A stretch of 64,000 nt of DNA from Pseudomonadota bacterium (GCA_021781575.1 JAJXWP010000013.1:21257-85256), one strand, 5' to 3'; shown: positions 17,731 to 27,887, numbered from the stretch's first letter. A program made the numbers and translations. The notes: generated from the letters alone by a model not told the origin.

Positions 17731-18864
17731 ATGCGCGGCATTTCGAAGATTTCGCCGGCGGGCGCGCCGGCCCGGGCGCCTGAGGGCAAGGTGACGCTCG
17801 TCGTGATCGACCCCCGCGCCTCGGTCCGCGAGCAGATCGCGGTGCCGCTGTGGCCGTATTACCGCATCCTCGACTTCGCCAATATCGAGGCGGCGGCGGC
17901 AGGCACGTCGGGCGCGCCGAGCGCCGTTCTGCTGGGTGAAAACGCCTTCGACAAGACTTCCGCGGCGGCGCTTGCGGCGCTTCGGCAAGCTCCGCTGTTC
18001 GGTGGAGCGACGATCATCGCCTGCCTGCCTGCCCAAAGCCGCCTGGTCACCGAGTGGGTGTCTACCGCGGCCGTGGACGGCCGGATCGACCTGCCCTTCC
18101 GCTGCGGCGACATGGCCATTCTGCTTTCGCGCCTGAACAAGGCCTCACTGCGCAAGGAATGGGCCAAGCTGCCGTCGACCCCGAGGCAAGCGTTGCGCCG
18201 GACCCTGGATGCCTACGACAACCTGGCGGAGCTGATTTCCAAGAACGCGCCGCTCGATTATCGAACCATTACCGACGCTTGCGCACCGGTCCTCTCCGCG
18301 GTCAGGCGGGCCGACCATAGTTACATTTTCGATGCGCTGACCCGGCTGGACGACCTCATCTATGTGCATTCGCTTCGGGTTTCCACGCTGCTCGCCATGT
18401 TCGGCTTCAAGATCGGCCTCAATGACGAGGAACTGATGACGCTGGCTTGCGGCGGCCTGCTGCTCGACCTCGGCAAGACGATGCTGCCCTTCGAGGTGCT
18501 GCACAAGCCGGGCAGCCTGACCGCGGCGGAATGGGAACTGGTCCGCGATCATGTGGACATGGCACGGCGTTACGTCGAACGCCAATCCTCGGCGCCGCGG
18601 GGCATCCAGGTGGTCATCGCCGAACATCATGAGCGGCTGGACGGCAGCGGCTATCCCGGCCGCATGAGCGGGGACAGGCTGAACGACCTGGCCCGCATGG
18701 CGGCGATCGTCGACGTCTTCGCCGCCCTGACCGAGGCTCGGCCCTACCGTCCCGCATTCTCGTCGGGCGATGCGCTGGACATCCTGAGCGGCACCATGAA
18801 AGAGCAGGTGGACCAGGGATTATTGTCCAGCTTCCGCCAGACGCTGCCCAATACCTGGGCCTGA
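17731..18864 (+). CDS. HD-GYP-family protein with N-terminal receiver-like domain (both domains show degenerate key residues)
   Basis: 377 aa. GGGGGAGAA lies 3 nt upstream of the ATG. ..YVHSLRVS.., ..GGLLLDLGKT.. where HDxGK is expected, and an intact ..EHHERLDGSGYPGR.. Confidence 0.88.
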   Translation: MRGISKISPAGAPARAPEGKVTLVVIDPRASVREQIAVPLWPYYRILDFANIEAAAAGTSGAPSAVLLGENAFDKTSAAALAALRQAPLFGGATIIACLPAQSRLVTEWVSTAAVDGRIDLPFRCGDMAILLSRLNKASLRKEWAKLPSTPRQALRRTLDAYDNLAELISKNAPLDYRTITDACAPVLSAVRRADHSYIFDALTRLDDLIYVHSLRVSTLLAMFGFKIGLNDEELMTLACGGLLLDLGKTMLPFEVLHKPGSLTAAEWELVRDHVDMARRYVERQSSAPRGIQVVIAEHHERLDGSGYPGRMSGDRLNDLARMAAIVDVFAALTEARPYRPAFSSGDALDILSGTMKEQVDQGLLSSFRQTLPNTWA

Positions 18865-18884
18865 AGCGGCGGCTAGTACCGCGT

Positions 18885-18908
18885 CACAGACTGAATCTTC
18901 AGTTTGTG
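18885..18908 (+). terminator. AT-rich stem-loop between the convergent HD-GYP gene and metH
   Basis: cacagactgaa-tc-ttcagtttgtg, 11 bp including one G-U on the plus-strand RNA. No U-tract. Confidence 0.35.
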
Positions 18909-18916
18909 TCAGTGAA

Positions 18917-21900
18917 CTACACCGAAAAGTACTTCGCCTGCGGATGGAGGATGACGATGGCCGAGGTGCTTTGCTCGGGATGGAGTTGCCATTCGTCACT
19001 TAACGTCACCCCGACCCGCTCGGCTCGCAGAAGGCGCAGCAACTGCTCCTGGTCCTGCAGGTTGGGACAGGCCGGATAGCCGAAGGAATAGCGCGAGCCA
19101 CGGTAGTTCTGCCGCAGCATCTTCTCTACGTCACGGTCGTCCTCGGCGGCGAAGCCCAGCTCCGAGCGGATCCGGGCGTGCACATATTCCGCCATGGCCT
19201 CGGCCATCTCCACCGACAGGCCATGCAGGTAAAGATAGTCGCGGTAGCGATTCTCGGCGAACCACTGGTGCGCCACTTCGCTGGCCGCCGGCCCCATGGT
19301 CACCACCTGCAGGCCGATGACGTCGCGTTCGCCGCTGCTTGCGTCGCGGACGAAATCGGCGATGCACAATCCCCCCTCCCCGGCCTGGCGCGGGAAGGCG
19401 AAGCGGGCTACCGGGGTTCGCCCGTCCGGTTCGAACAGCACGATGGCGTCGCCCTCGGCGGCGCATTTCCAATAGCCGTAGGCGGCGCGCGGCTGCAGGA
19501 TCCCGTCCTTCTGGCAGCGCTTCAACAGGTCGACGGCCATCGGCTTCAGTTCCTTGGCGGCCCAGGCCTTCCACTCCTCCAGTGTCCGGCCGGCCTTCTT
19601 GTAGCCCCAGTGAAACTGGTAGAGCATGGTCTCGTTGAGATAGGTGACCAGGGTCTGCAATGGTACCGCGTCGATCACCTTGGCGCCCCAGAACGGCGGC
19701 GTCGGCACCGTCGCCTGGGCGGCCAACTCGGCGCGACGCAGCCGCAGTTCCTCGTAGTCGACGGGGCGCGCCGGCACCGCCGCCCGGCCGAGCGTGCGGC
19801 GCTCGTTGGTCGGCCGGTTCAAGCGCCTGGCCTTGACTTCGGCCAGATGGTCGTCGAAGCGGCCCCCGGCCACCTTGGCCATCAGGTCGAGGCCGTCGAA
19901 GGCGTCGCGGGCATAGGCGACGCGGCCGGCACCGTAGGCGGCGACGCAGTCTTCCTCGACGAATTTGCGGGTCAGCGCGGCGCCGCCCAAGAGCACCGGC
20001 AAGTCGATGCCGCCCTGGGTCATCTCCTCGAGATTCTCCCGCATCACCACCGTCGATTTCACCAGCAGGCCGGACATCCCGACGGCATCGGCCTGGTGTT
20101 CCCGGGCGGCGGCAATGATGGCGTTGACCGGTTGCTTGATGCCGAGATTGATCACCCGGTAACCGTTGTTGGTGAGGATGATGTCGACCAGATTCTTGCC
20201 GATGTCGTGGACGTCGCCCTTCACCGTGGCCAGGACGATGGTCCCCTTGTGCTGCCCTTCGGCCTTTTCCATGAAGGGCTCGAGATAGGCCACCGCCGCC
20301 TTCATCGTCTCGGCCGACTGCAGAACGAAGGGCAGCTGCATCTTGCCGGCGCCGAACAGTTCGCCCACCACCTTCATGCCGTCGAGCAACAGCTGGTTGA
20401 TGATGTCGAGGGGCTTCCAGGCGCCTAATGCCTCGTCCAGATCCTGTTCGAGCCCGGGACGGTCGCCGTCGACGATGCGCTGCTTCAGACGCTCCTCCAC
20501 CGTCTCGGCTCGCGCCTTCTTGACCTCGTCGCCGGCACCGCGGCCTTCGAACAGGGCAATGAACGCCTGAAGCGGATCATAGCCTTCGGCGCGGCGGTCG
20601 TAGATCAGGTCCTCGGCAGTTTTCACCTCGGCCACGTCGAGCCGGTGCAAGGGCGCGATCTTGCTGACATGGACGATGGCGCCGGTCATTCCCCGCTTCA
20701 GCGCATGGTCGAGGAATACCGAGTTCAAGACGTGGCGGGCCGCCGGCTTCAGCCCGAACGACACATTGGACAGGCCAAGGACGATCTGGCACTCGGGCAA
20801 TTCCCGGGCGATGCGCTCGATGGCGTCGAGGGTGCTGAGGGCCAGCTTGCGGTCATCGTCATTGCCGGTGCAGATGGTGAAGGTCAACGGATCGAACAGC
20901 AGATCGGACGGAGCCAGACCATGCCTGTTGACGGCGAAATCGTATAATCGATGGGCCAAGGCCACCTTCGCCTCGACGTCTTTGGCCATACCCTGCTCAT
21001 CGATGGTGAGAGCGATTACCGCGGCACCGAATTTCTTGGCCAGCACCAGCCGTTTGGCCGCCGGCTCCTCGCCGTTCTCGAAATTGATCGAGTTGATGAT
21101 CGCCTTGCCGCCGTACAGCTTGAGGGCCGCCTCGATGACGGGAAGCTCGGTGGAATCGATGACCAACGGGGCGTTGACGGCGCCGCGCATGCGGCCCACC
21201 AGCGCGGTCATATCCCGCACCTCGTCGCGACCGACAAAGGCGGTGCAGACGTCCAAGGTGTGGCTGCCTTCCCGCACCTGCTCACGGCCGATGGCCACGG
21301 CAGCGTCCCAGTCCTCGCGGTCCTGACATTCGCGGAACTTCTTCGAGCCATTGGCATTGCAGCGCTCGCCGATGGACAGAAAGGCATTTTCCTGGCGCAA
21401 CGTCACCTGGCCGTACAGCGAGGCGACGGCCGGCACCCAGTGGACCTGGCGCTCGACTGGCGCCGGTCGATGCCGGCTTTTTCCGCGCCTCTTCAGCATG
21501 GCATCGACGGCGGCGATATGGGCCGGCGTGGTACCGCAACACCCCCCCAGCAGGTTGACCTTGTCGTCGTCAAGGAAGCGTTCCTGCCACAGGGCCAGGT
21601 CTTCCGGTTTGAGCGGATAGGCGGTCCGCCCGTCCACCAGCTCGGGCAGACCGGCATTGGGCTGCACCGAGATCAGCCCCGGCCAGTTGGCCGACAGCCA
21701 GCGCACATGCTCGCTCATCTCCTGCGGACCGGTGGCGCAGTTGAGACCCATCAGCGGCACGTCGAGGCTGTGAATGACCGTCGCCGCTGCGGCGATGTCG
21801 GCGCCGACCAGCAGGGTCCCGGTGGTCTCCACCGTCACCTGAACGAATACCGGTATCGCCGTCGCCGCCTCGACCCCGGCCAGCTTCACCGCATTGACCG

Positions 21901-22405
21901 CCGCCTTGATCTGCAGCGGATCCTGGCAGGTCTCGATGAGCACGGCATCGGCACCGCCGGCGATCAGCCCGCGGGCCTGGACGAAAAAGCTCTGCTCGAG
22001 GCGGTCGTAATCGACATGACCGAGGGAGGGCAGCTTGGTACCCGGCCCGATGGAACCAAGGACGAAGCGTCGCCGCCCGTCGCCGGCGAACTGCCCGGCC
22101 GCCTCGCGGGCCAGTTCGACGGCCTGCTTGTTGATTTCGAAAGCCAGATCGCCGATGCCGAATTCGCCCAGAGTGAGCGGGCTGGCGCCGAAGGTGTTAG
22201 TCTCGACCATATCGGCGCCGGCGGCGAAATAGCGGCGATGGATCTCGCGCACTACATCGGGCCGTGACAGGCACAGGATGTCGGTGCAGTTCTCATGGCC
22301 CTGGAAATCCGTCTCGACGGACAGGGTCATCGACTGCACCTGTGTTCCCATGCCGCCGTCGCACAGCAGAACCCGGTCGTGGAGGTGGTCGAGAATGTCG
22401 GTCAT
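18917..22405 (-). CDS. metH: Cobalamin-dependent methionine synthase
   Basis: 1162 aa. Hcy-binding, pterin-binding, B12-binding (GDVHDIGKN = DxHxxG) and AdoMet-activation modules are all recognisable. Confidence 0.97.
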   Translation of the reverse strand: MTDILDHLHDRVLLCDGGMGTQVQSMTLSVETDFQGHENCTDILCLSRPDVVREIHRRYFAAGADMVETNTFGASPLTLGEFGIGDLAFEINKQAVELAREAAGQFAGDGRRRFVLGSIGPGTKLPSLGHVDYDRLEQSFFVQARGLIAGGADAVLIETCQDPLQIKAAVNAVKLAGVEAATAIPVFVQVTVETTGTLLVGADIAAAATVIHSLDVPLMGLNCATGPQEMSEHVRWLSANWPGLISVQPNAGLPELVDGRTAYPLKPEDLALWQERFLDDDKVNLLGGCCGTTPAHIAAVDAMLKRRGKSRHRPAPVERQVHWVPAVASLYGQVTLRQENAFLSIGERCNANGSKKFRECQDREDWDAAVAIGREQVREGSHTLDVCTAFVGRDEVRDMTALVGRMRGAVNAPLVIDSTELPVIEAALKLYGGKAIINSINFENGEEPAAKRLVLAKKFGAAVIALTIDEQGMAKDVEAKVALAHRLYDFAVNRHGLAPSDLLFDPLTFTICTGNDDDRKLALSTLDAIERIARELPECQIVLGLSNVSFGLKPAARHVLNSVFLDHALKRGMTGAIVHVSKIAPLHRLDVAEVKTAEDLIYDRRAEGYDPLQAFIALFEGRGAGDEVKKARAETVEERLKQRIVDGDRPGLEQDLDEALGAWKPLDIINQLLLDGMKVVGELFGAGKMQLPFVLQSAETMKAAVAYLEPFMEKAEGQHKGTIVLATVKGDVHDIGKNLVDIILTNNGYRVINLGIKQPVNAIIAAAREHQADAVGMSGLLVKSTVVMRENLEEMTQGGIDLPVLLGGAALTRKFVEEDCVAAYGAGRVAYARDAFDGLDLMAKVAGGRFDDHLAEVKARRLNRPTNERRTLGRAAVPARPVDYEELRLRRAELAAQATVPTPPFWGAKVIDAVPLQTLVTYLNETMLYQFHWGYKKAGRTLEEWKAWAAKELKPMAVDLLKRCQKDGILQPRAAYGYWKCAAEGDAIVLFEPDGRTPVARFAFPRQAGEGGLCIADFVRDASSGERDVIGLQVVTMGPAASEVAHQWFAENRYRDYLYLHGLSVEMAEAMAEYVHARIRSELGFAAEDDRDVEKMLRQNYRGSRYSFGYPACPNLQDQEQLLRLLRAERVGVTLSDEWQLHPEQSTSAIVILHPQAKYFSV

Positions 22406-22442
22406 GAACTCATAGCTCCGGCTCTCCGCCTCGCCGGCTTGC

Positions 22443-22480
22443 GGGAGAGGGGGGTGTGTGGGGTGTGGGGGGTGAGGGAG
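22443..22480 (+). repeat. G-run tract (C-rich on the metF-metH transcript) in the 85-nt metF-metH spacer
   Basis: gggagaggggggtgtgtggggtgtggggggtgagggag: five G-runs of 3 or more nt on the plus strand. Confidence 0.6.
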
Positions 22481-22490
22481 TTGGCGTCGA

Positions 22491-23393
22491 TCATGCTTCG
22501 ATCTTGGCCGGCCGCACGCCCAAGATGTGGCAGATGGCGTATGTCAAATCGGCGCGGTTCAGCGTGTAGAAATGCAACTCGTCCGCGCCGTCGGCAACCA
22601 GGGCGCGACATTGCTCGGCCGCCACGGTCGCCGCAACCATGCGGCGGGTTTCCGGATCCTCGTCGAGACCGGCGAACAGATCGGCCATCCAGGCCGGTAC
22701 ACTGGCCCCGCAGGCGGCCGAGAACTTCTGCACTTGGGCGAAGTTGGTTACCGGCAGGATGCCCGGGACGATGGGAACGGAGATGCCGGCGGCACGAGCC
22801 CGATCGCGAAATCGCGAATACACATCGACGTCGAAGAAGTACTGGGTGATCGCCCGCGTCGCTCCGGCATCGATCTTACGCTTCAGGTTGTCGAGATCCG
22901 CCTCGGCGCTGGCTGCTTCCGGATGAACCTCGGGATAGGCGGCGACGCTGATCTCGAAATCGGCGATGCGCCGCAAGCCCTTGACCAGGTCGACGGCGTA
23001 GGCGTAGCCGTCGGCATGCGGCCGGTAGCGTCCCTGCCCCTCCGGTGGATCGCCGCGCAAGGCGACGATGTGGCGGATTCCCTCGTCCCAGTAGTGACGG
23101 GCGACGTCGTCCACTTCGCCACGGCTGGCCCCGACGCAGGTCAGGTGGGCCGCCGGCTTCATCGCGGTCTCGCGGGCGATGCGGACCACCGTCTCATGGG
23201 TGCGCTCACGGGTGCCGCCGCCAGCCCCGTAGGTGACCGAGACAAAGCGCGGCGACAGAGGCGCCAACCGGGTCACGCACTCCCACAGGGAGTGCTGCAT
23301 CTTTTCGGTCTTCGGCGGAAAAAATTCGAACGACACGGCGACCGACGCGGCCGGGAGAGCGATCGGCAACACGGGATTGGGACGAACGTCCAT
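22491..23393 (-). CDS. metF: Methylenetetrahydrofolate reductase
   Basis: Internal Met of track ORF 22491..23795(-): MDVRPNPVLPIALPAASVAVSFEFFPPKTEKM...SVTYGAGGGTRERTH... (300 aa). ATG 23393-23391 lies 2 nt after the upstream gene's stop. Confidence 0.95.
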   Translation of the reverse strand: MDVRPNPVLPIALPAASVAVSFEFFPPKTEKMQHSLWECVTRLAPLSPRFVSVTYGAGGGTRERTHETVVRIARETAMKPAAHLTCVGASRGEVDDVARHYWDEGIRHIVALRGDPPEGQGRYRPHADGYAYAVDLVKGLRRIADFEISVAAYPEVHPEAASAEADLDNLKRKIDAGATRAITQYFFDVDVYSRFRDRARAAGISVPIVPGILPVTNFAQVQKFSAACGASVPAWMADLFAGLDEDPETRRMVAATVAAEQCRALVADGADELHFYTLNRADLTYAICHILGVRPAKIEA

Positions 23394-23395
23394 GC

Positions 23396-24385
23396 TCACG
23401 CTGCACCTCCGAAAACGGGAATGGGGGATGATATGTCGGGGCCAGGGGGTGCGGCGACGGTCTGTCGGGACGCCAGCCAGATATTGACGGTGAGAGGGTG
23501 CCCCGGCAAGCGCAGGATCCGCTGGACGGCGAGGTCGGCGGCGGCACACCAGTCGGACACCTCGGCGTCGGAGAAACCCAACCGGCGGTGGCTGTGCTCG
23601 CTGCGCAGGCTTTCCAACTCGTGCGGCGCGAAATCGACGAGAGCCAGGCGCCCGCCCGGCCGGAGCACCCGCGCCGCTTCCGCCACGGCAACCCCGGGGC
23701 TTTCGGCAAAATGCAGCACCTGGTGGATGGTCACCACGTCGAACGAACGATCGGCGAACGGCAGCCGGTACATGTCCGCTTGGCGCACGCCGCAATGGCA
23801 GAGGCCTGCCGCCTCGATATTGCTGCGGGCGATGGCCAGCATTTCGCGCGACATGTCGACGCCCTCGGCCCGTTCGGCGAAGGGGCCGAGAATCTGCAGA
23901 AGGCGCCCGGTACCGGTGCCGACATCGAGCAAATCGGCAATCGGCCGGTCGGCCAGGACTTGGCGCAATGCGCTTTCCACCTCGGCCTCGTCGACGTGTA
24001 ACGAGCGGATTTGCGCCCAGCGCGCCGCATTGTCACGAAAATAGGCGGCGGCGGCGGCGGCATGGGCTTGGCGGATGGCGGCAAGGCGGCCGTTGTCTCT
24101 GACGAGAGCGGGATCGTCGGGGGCGGTCAGCGACATGATGTGCCGCACCAGTTCAGCACCGGCGCCACGCGGTGCCAAGCGGTAGAATACCCAGCCACCC
24201 TCCCGGAAGCGCTCCAGCAGGGCGGCGTCGCACAACAGTTTCAGGTGGCGCGAAACGCGCGGCTGGCTTTGCCCGACGATGGCCACCAGATCGCTGACGG
24301 TAAGCTCCCCTTGCGCGCAAAGAGCGAGCAGACGCAGGCGCGTCGGCTCGGCGGCCGCCTTCAAAGCGTTTAGAATCCGTTCCAT
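23396..24385 (-). CDS. ArsR-family HTH fused to a SAM-dependent methyltransferase-like domain (SahR-like methionine-cycle regulator)
   Basis: Start at MERILNALKAAAEPTRLRLLALCAQGELTVSDLV..QPRVSRHLKLL (ArsR HTH). C-terminal ..LLDVGTGTGRLL.. SAM-binding motif. Directly upstream of metF-metH on the same strand. Confidence 0.85.
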   Translation of the reverse strand: MERILNALKAAAEPTRLRLLALCAQGELTVSDLVAIVGQSQPRVSRHLKLLCDAALLERFREGGWVFYRLAPRGAGAELVRHIMSLTAPDDPALVRDNGRLAAIRQAHAAAAAAYFRDNAARWAQIRSLHVDEAEVESALRQVLADRPIADLLDVGTGTGRLLQILGPFAERAEGVDMSREMLAIARSNIEAAGLCHCGVRQADMYRLPFADRSFDVVTIHQVLHFAESPGVAVAEAARVLRPGGRLALVDFAPHELESLRSEHSHRRLGFSDAEVSDWCAAADLAVQRILRLPGHPLTVNIWLASRQTVAAPPGPDISSPIPVFGGAA

Positions 24386-24413
24386 GACCAGGCGACCCCG
24401 CAATTCATAGAAT

Positions 24414-24427
24414 GATATAAACATATC
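24414..24427. promoter_or_regulatory. Palindrome GATAT-AAAC-ATATC in the AT-rich region upstream of the SahR-like gene; candidate autoregulatory operator
   Basis: gatataaacatatc lies 29 nt upstream of the start codon at 24385, inside an unusually AT-rich stretch (24400-24455). Confidence 0.35.
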
Positions 24428-24604
24428 CTTATCTTCTAAAAAAGAAGAAATTTAGCCCCATTGAGGGCCAGAGAGGCCCCTCTCCTACTCCGGGCCCCCT
24501 GGTCTTTTGACTTATCCTGTGTTACCCAAATCGCAGCTTCGCTCTTCGGGGGTAGTGGAGCGAGAATCCCGTGCAATCCACCGGAGCCCACTTCAGGACC
24601 AACC

Positions 24605-25405
24605 ATGTCGTTGAAAGCCCTTCAAGAGATTGGGGTACGGGTGATTCTGGCGGTCGCCGCCGTGCTGCTGGCCGGCTGCGCCACTCCCCCGCCCGATGAC
24701 GACCCCGAAGCGAAAGCCGAGTTCGAGCAGATCAACGACCCGTTGGAACCGGCCAACCGGGCGATCTTCGAGTTCAATGATACGCTCGATACCTATTTTC
24801 TCCGTCCCGTGGCCCAGGGCTATCGGTCCGTGGTGCCGAAATTCGGCCGCGACCGCATCGCCGATTTCCTCGACAACCTGCAGACGCCGCTCTATTTCGC
24901 CAATGACCTGATGCAGGGCAACGTCTCTCTGGCCGGCGTGACGGTCGAGCGTTTCATGCTGAACACCACCTTCGGCGTCGCCGGCATAATGGACGTCGCC
25001 ACGCCTCTCGGCATACCCGGACATAAGTCCGATCTCGGCCAGACCTTCGCCGTCTGGGGGATCGGCGAGGGGCCCTATCTGGTGCTACCCCTCATGGGCC
25101 CGTCGAACCCGCGTGATGCGGTCGGCCTGGGCGTCGAGGCCGTGGTCGACCCGCTTGACTATTACCTTGCCAACAACAGGATGAACTGGGTCCTTTGGAC
25201 GCGCTTCGGCATTTCCGGCATATCGCAGCGCGAGGCCTATCTCGACGCCCTGGACGATATCAAGCGCACCTCGTTGGACTACTATTCCGCCATGCGCAGC
25301 CTTTACAGGCAGCGCCGGAGTGCGCAAATCAACGAGGCTGAGAATCCCGGCACGACGACGGTCCCTACGCCCGACATTCATATCGACATACCAAAGATTA
25401 AGTGA
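24605..25405 (+). CDS. mlaA: MlaA/VacJ family outer-membrane lipoprotein
   Basis: Start at MSLKALQEIGVRVILAVAAVLLAGCA (lipobox). ..NDPLEPANRAIFEFNDTLDTYFLRPVAQGY.. Confidence 0.88.
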   Translation: MSLKALQEIGVRVILAVAAVLLAGCATPPPDDDPEAKAEFEQINDPLEPANRAIFEFNDTLDTYFLRPVAQGYRSVVPKFGRDRIADFLDNLQTPLYFANDLMQGNVSLAGVTVERFMLNTTFGVAGIMDVATPLGIPGHKSDLGQTFAVWGIGEGPYLVLPLMGPSNPRDAVGLGVEAVVDPLDYYLANNRMNWVLWTRFGISGISQREAYLDALDDIKRTSLDYYSAMRSLYRQRRSAQINEAENPGTTTVPTPDIHIDIPKIK

Positions 25406-25409
25406 CTCT

Positions 25410-26042
25410 ATGACAATGATTCGTCGCACCTTTCTTCACGCGTTCGCCTTATGCCTCCTGGTCGCCATGGCGGTGCCCGGGTCGGCTCGCGCCGCAACTG
25501 CCGACCAGGCCCAGAGCTTTATCCAAGCCCTGGCCCACAATGCGATCAGCACTGTTGCCAACAAGCAACTGTCGGATGTGCAACGCAACGACAATTTTCG
25601 CCGGCTATTCGTTTCGGCCTTCGACATTCCGGGAATCGGCCGGTTCGTGCTGTCGCGCTACTGGCGGACCGCCACGCCCGACCAGCAGAAGGAATTCCTC
25701 AAGCTCTTTGAAGACATCAACGTCCTGACCTGGGCGCAACGCTTCAAGGACTACAACGGTGAGACCCTGCAGACACTCGGCGCCACCAAGGACGGCGACC
25801 GCGGCTGGATCGTCGATTCACGCATCATGCGCAAGCAAGGGCCGCCTATACCGGTACAGTGGCGATTGCGCCAGGACGACGACGGAAACCTGCGGATCAT
25901 CGATATCATCGTCGAGGGCGTCAGCATGGCCATTACCTACCGCTCGGACTATGCCTCGGCCATCCAATCCAACGGCGGGCGGGTGGATTCGCTGCTGGCC
26001 GCGATGCGCAGGAAGATCGACCAGCTCAAGGCGGCGGGGTGA
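25410..26042 (+). CDS. mlaC: MlaC/Ttg2D family periplasmic phospholipid-binding protein
   Basis: Start at MTMIRRTFLHAFALCLLVAMAVPGSARA (signal peptide). ..FDIPGIGRFVLSRYWRTATPDQQKEFLKLFE.. Lies 4 nt after mlaA. Confidence 0.85.
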   Translation: MTMIRRTFLHAFALCLLVAMAVPGSARAATADQAQSFIQALAHNAISTVANKQLSDVQRNDNFRRLFVSAFDIPGIGRFVLSRYWRTATPDQQKEFLKLFEDINVLTWAQRFKDYNGETLQTLGATKDGDRGWIVDSRIMRKQGPPIPVQWRLRQDDDGNLRIIDIIVEGVSMAITYRSDYASAIQSNGGRVDSLLAAMRRKIDQLKAAG

Positions 26043-26132
26043 TCCCCGCCCCGATCGCCGCCTCGCCCCCCTGAGCCCGCCCCCGCGGGACCCGCCAAGA
26101 GCGGGCCCCGTGAAGGGGATGGCGCTTGACCA

Positions 26133-27815
26133 TCAGGACCGGACCAGCGGCTTGTACTTGATCCGATGCGGCTGGTCGGCGTCAGCACCCAGCCGGCGCT
26201 TCTTGTCGACCTCGTAGTCGGCGTAGTTGCCCTCGAAAAATACCACCTGGCTGTCGCCCTCGAAGGCGATGATGTGGGTGGCGATGCGGTCCAGGAACCA
26301 CCGGTCGTGCGAGATGACGACGGCGCAGCCGGCGAAATCAACCAGGGCCTCTTCCAGGGCGCGCAAGGTGTCGACGTCAAGGTCGTTGGTCGGCTCGTCG
26401 AGCAGGATGACATTGGCGCCCTGTTTCAGCATCTTGGCCAGATGCACGCGGTTGCGCTCACCGCCCGAAAGCTGGCCGACTTTCTTCTGCTGGTCGGCAC
26501 CGCGGAAGTTGAATTGGGCGCAATAGGCGCGGCTCGGCATCTTGCGCTTGCCCAGTTCGATTTCGTCGTTCCCGCCGGAAATTTCCTCCCACACCGTCTT
26601 GTCGGCCGCCAGGCTGTCGCGCGACTGGTCGACATACCCCAAGGCCACTGTCTCGCCGACCTTGAAGCTGCCGGAGTCCGGCTGCTCCTGGCCGGTGATC
26701 ATGCGGAACAGGGTGGTCTTGCCGGCGCCATTGGGGCCGATGATGCCGACGATGCCGCCGGGCGGCAGCCGGAACGACAGGTCCTCGATCAGCAGGCGAT
26801 CGCCGAAGCCCTTGCGCAGATGCTCGGCCTCGATCACCAGCTGGCCCAAGCGCGGGCCGGGGGGAACGACGATCTGGGCGGTGCCCATCTGCTTTTCACT
26901 GGCCTGGGCGACCAGCGTTTCGTACGCGGTGATGCGGGCCTTGTTTTTCGCCTGGCGGGCCCGCGGGCTGGCCCGCACCCATTCCAGTTCCTGCTTGATG
27001 GTGCGCTGGCGGGCGGTTTCCTCCTTCGCCTCCTGCTCCAGGCGCTTTTCCTTCTGTTCCAGCCACGATGTGTAGTTGCCCTCGTAGGGGATGCCCTGGC
27101 CGCGGTCCAACTCAAGGATCCAGCCGGTGACATTGTCAAGAAAATAGCGGTCGTGGGTAACGATCACCACGGTGCCGGTATAGTCCTCGAGGAACTTCTC
27201 CAACCAGGCCACCGATTCGGCATCCAGGTGATTGGTCGGCTCGTCCAGCAGCAGCATGTCGGGATGACTGAGCAGCAGGCGGCACAGGGCGACGCGGCGC
27301 CGCTCGCCACCCGACAGCTTGCTCACATCGGCGTCGCCGGATGGGCACCGCAGCGCATCCATGGCGATTTCCACATTGCGCTGCAGGTCCCAGGCGCCCA
27401 GGTGGTCGATCTTCTCCTGCAGCTCGCCTTGCTCGGCGATCAGGGCGTTCATTTCGTCGTCGGACAGTTCCTCGGCGAAGCGGGCCGACACTTCTTCGAA
27501 GCGGTCGAGCAGCGCCTTGGTCTCGCCGACGCCTTCCATGACATTGCCCAGGACATCCTTGCCGGGGTCGAGTTGTGGCTCCTGCGGCAGATAGCCCACC
27601 TTCACCCCGTCGGCTGCCCAGGCTTCGCCGCCGAAATCCTTGTCAAGGCCGGCCATGATCTTGAGCAGGGTCGACTTGCCGGCGCCGTTGGCGCCCAGTA
27701 CGCCGATCTTGGCGCCGGGCAGGAAGGACAGCCACATGCCCTTGAGAATTTCCCGGCCGCCCGGGTAAACCTTGGTGAGGTTCTTCATAACGTAGATGTA
27801 CTGATAGGCGGCCAT
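26133..27815 (-). CDS. ettA: Energy-dependent translational throttle protein EttA (ABC-F)
   Basis: Internal Met of track ORF 26133..28562(-): [51 protein letters not shown].. (560 aa), two ABC cassettes. GGAGGA lies upstream of ATG 27815. Confidence 0.95.
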   Translation of the reverse strand: MAAYQYIYVMKNLTKVYPGGREILKGMWLSFLPGAKIGVLGANGAGKSTLLKIMAGLDKDFGGEAWAADGVKVGYLPQEPQLDPGKDVLGNVMEGVGETKALLDRFEEVSARFAEELSDDEMNALIAEQGELQEKIDHLGAWDLQRNVEIAMDALRCPSGDADVSKLSGGERRRVALCRLLLSHPDMLLLDEPTNHLDAESVAWLEKFLEDYTGTVVIVTHDRYFLDNVTGWILELDRGQGIPYEGNYTSWLEQKEKRLEQEAKEETARQRTIKQELEWVRASPRARQAKNKARITAYETLVAQASEKQMGTAQIVVPPGPRLGQLVIEAEHLRKGFGDRLLIEDLSFRLPPGGIVGIIGPNGAGKTTLFRMITGQEQPDSGSFKVGETVALGYVDQSRDSLAADKTVWEEISGGNDEIELGKRKMPSRAYCAQFNFRGADQQKKVGQLSGGERNRVHLAKMLKQGANVILLDEPTNDLDVDTLRALEEALVDFAGCAVVISHDRWFLDRIATHIIAFEGDSQVVFFEGNYADYEVDKKRRLGADADQPHRIKYKPLVRS

Positions 27816-27887
27816 GGATCCTCCATTCACTCGGACGGGTGAGATGTAGCCCATGGACCCGCCCCCGGCAATGGGCGAGGTCGAAGA

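Noticed and set aside
17590-18918. GTTCACTG(C/A)AC in inverted orientation on both sides of the HD-GYP gene (17590-17600 and 18908-18918), considered as terminal inverted repeats of a mobile cassette
   Set aside because: The exact match is only 8 nt, which is expected by chance several times in 64 kb. There are no target-site duplications and no transposase.
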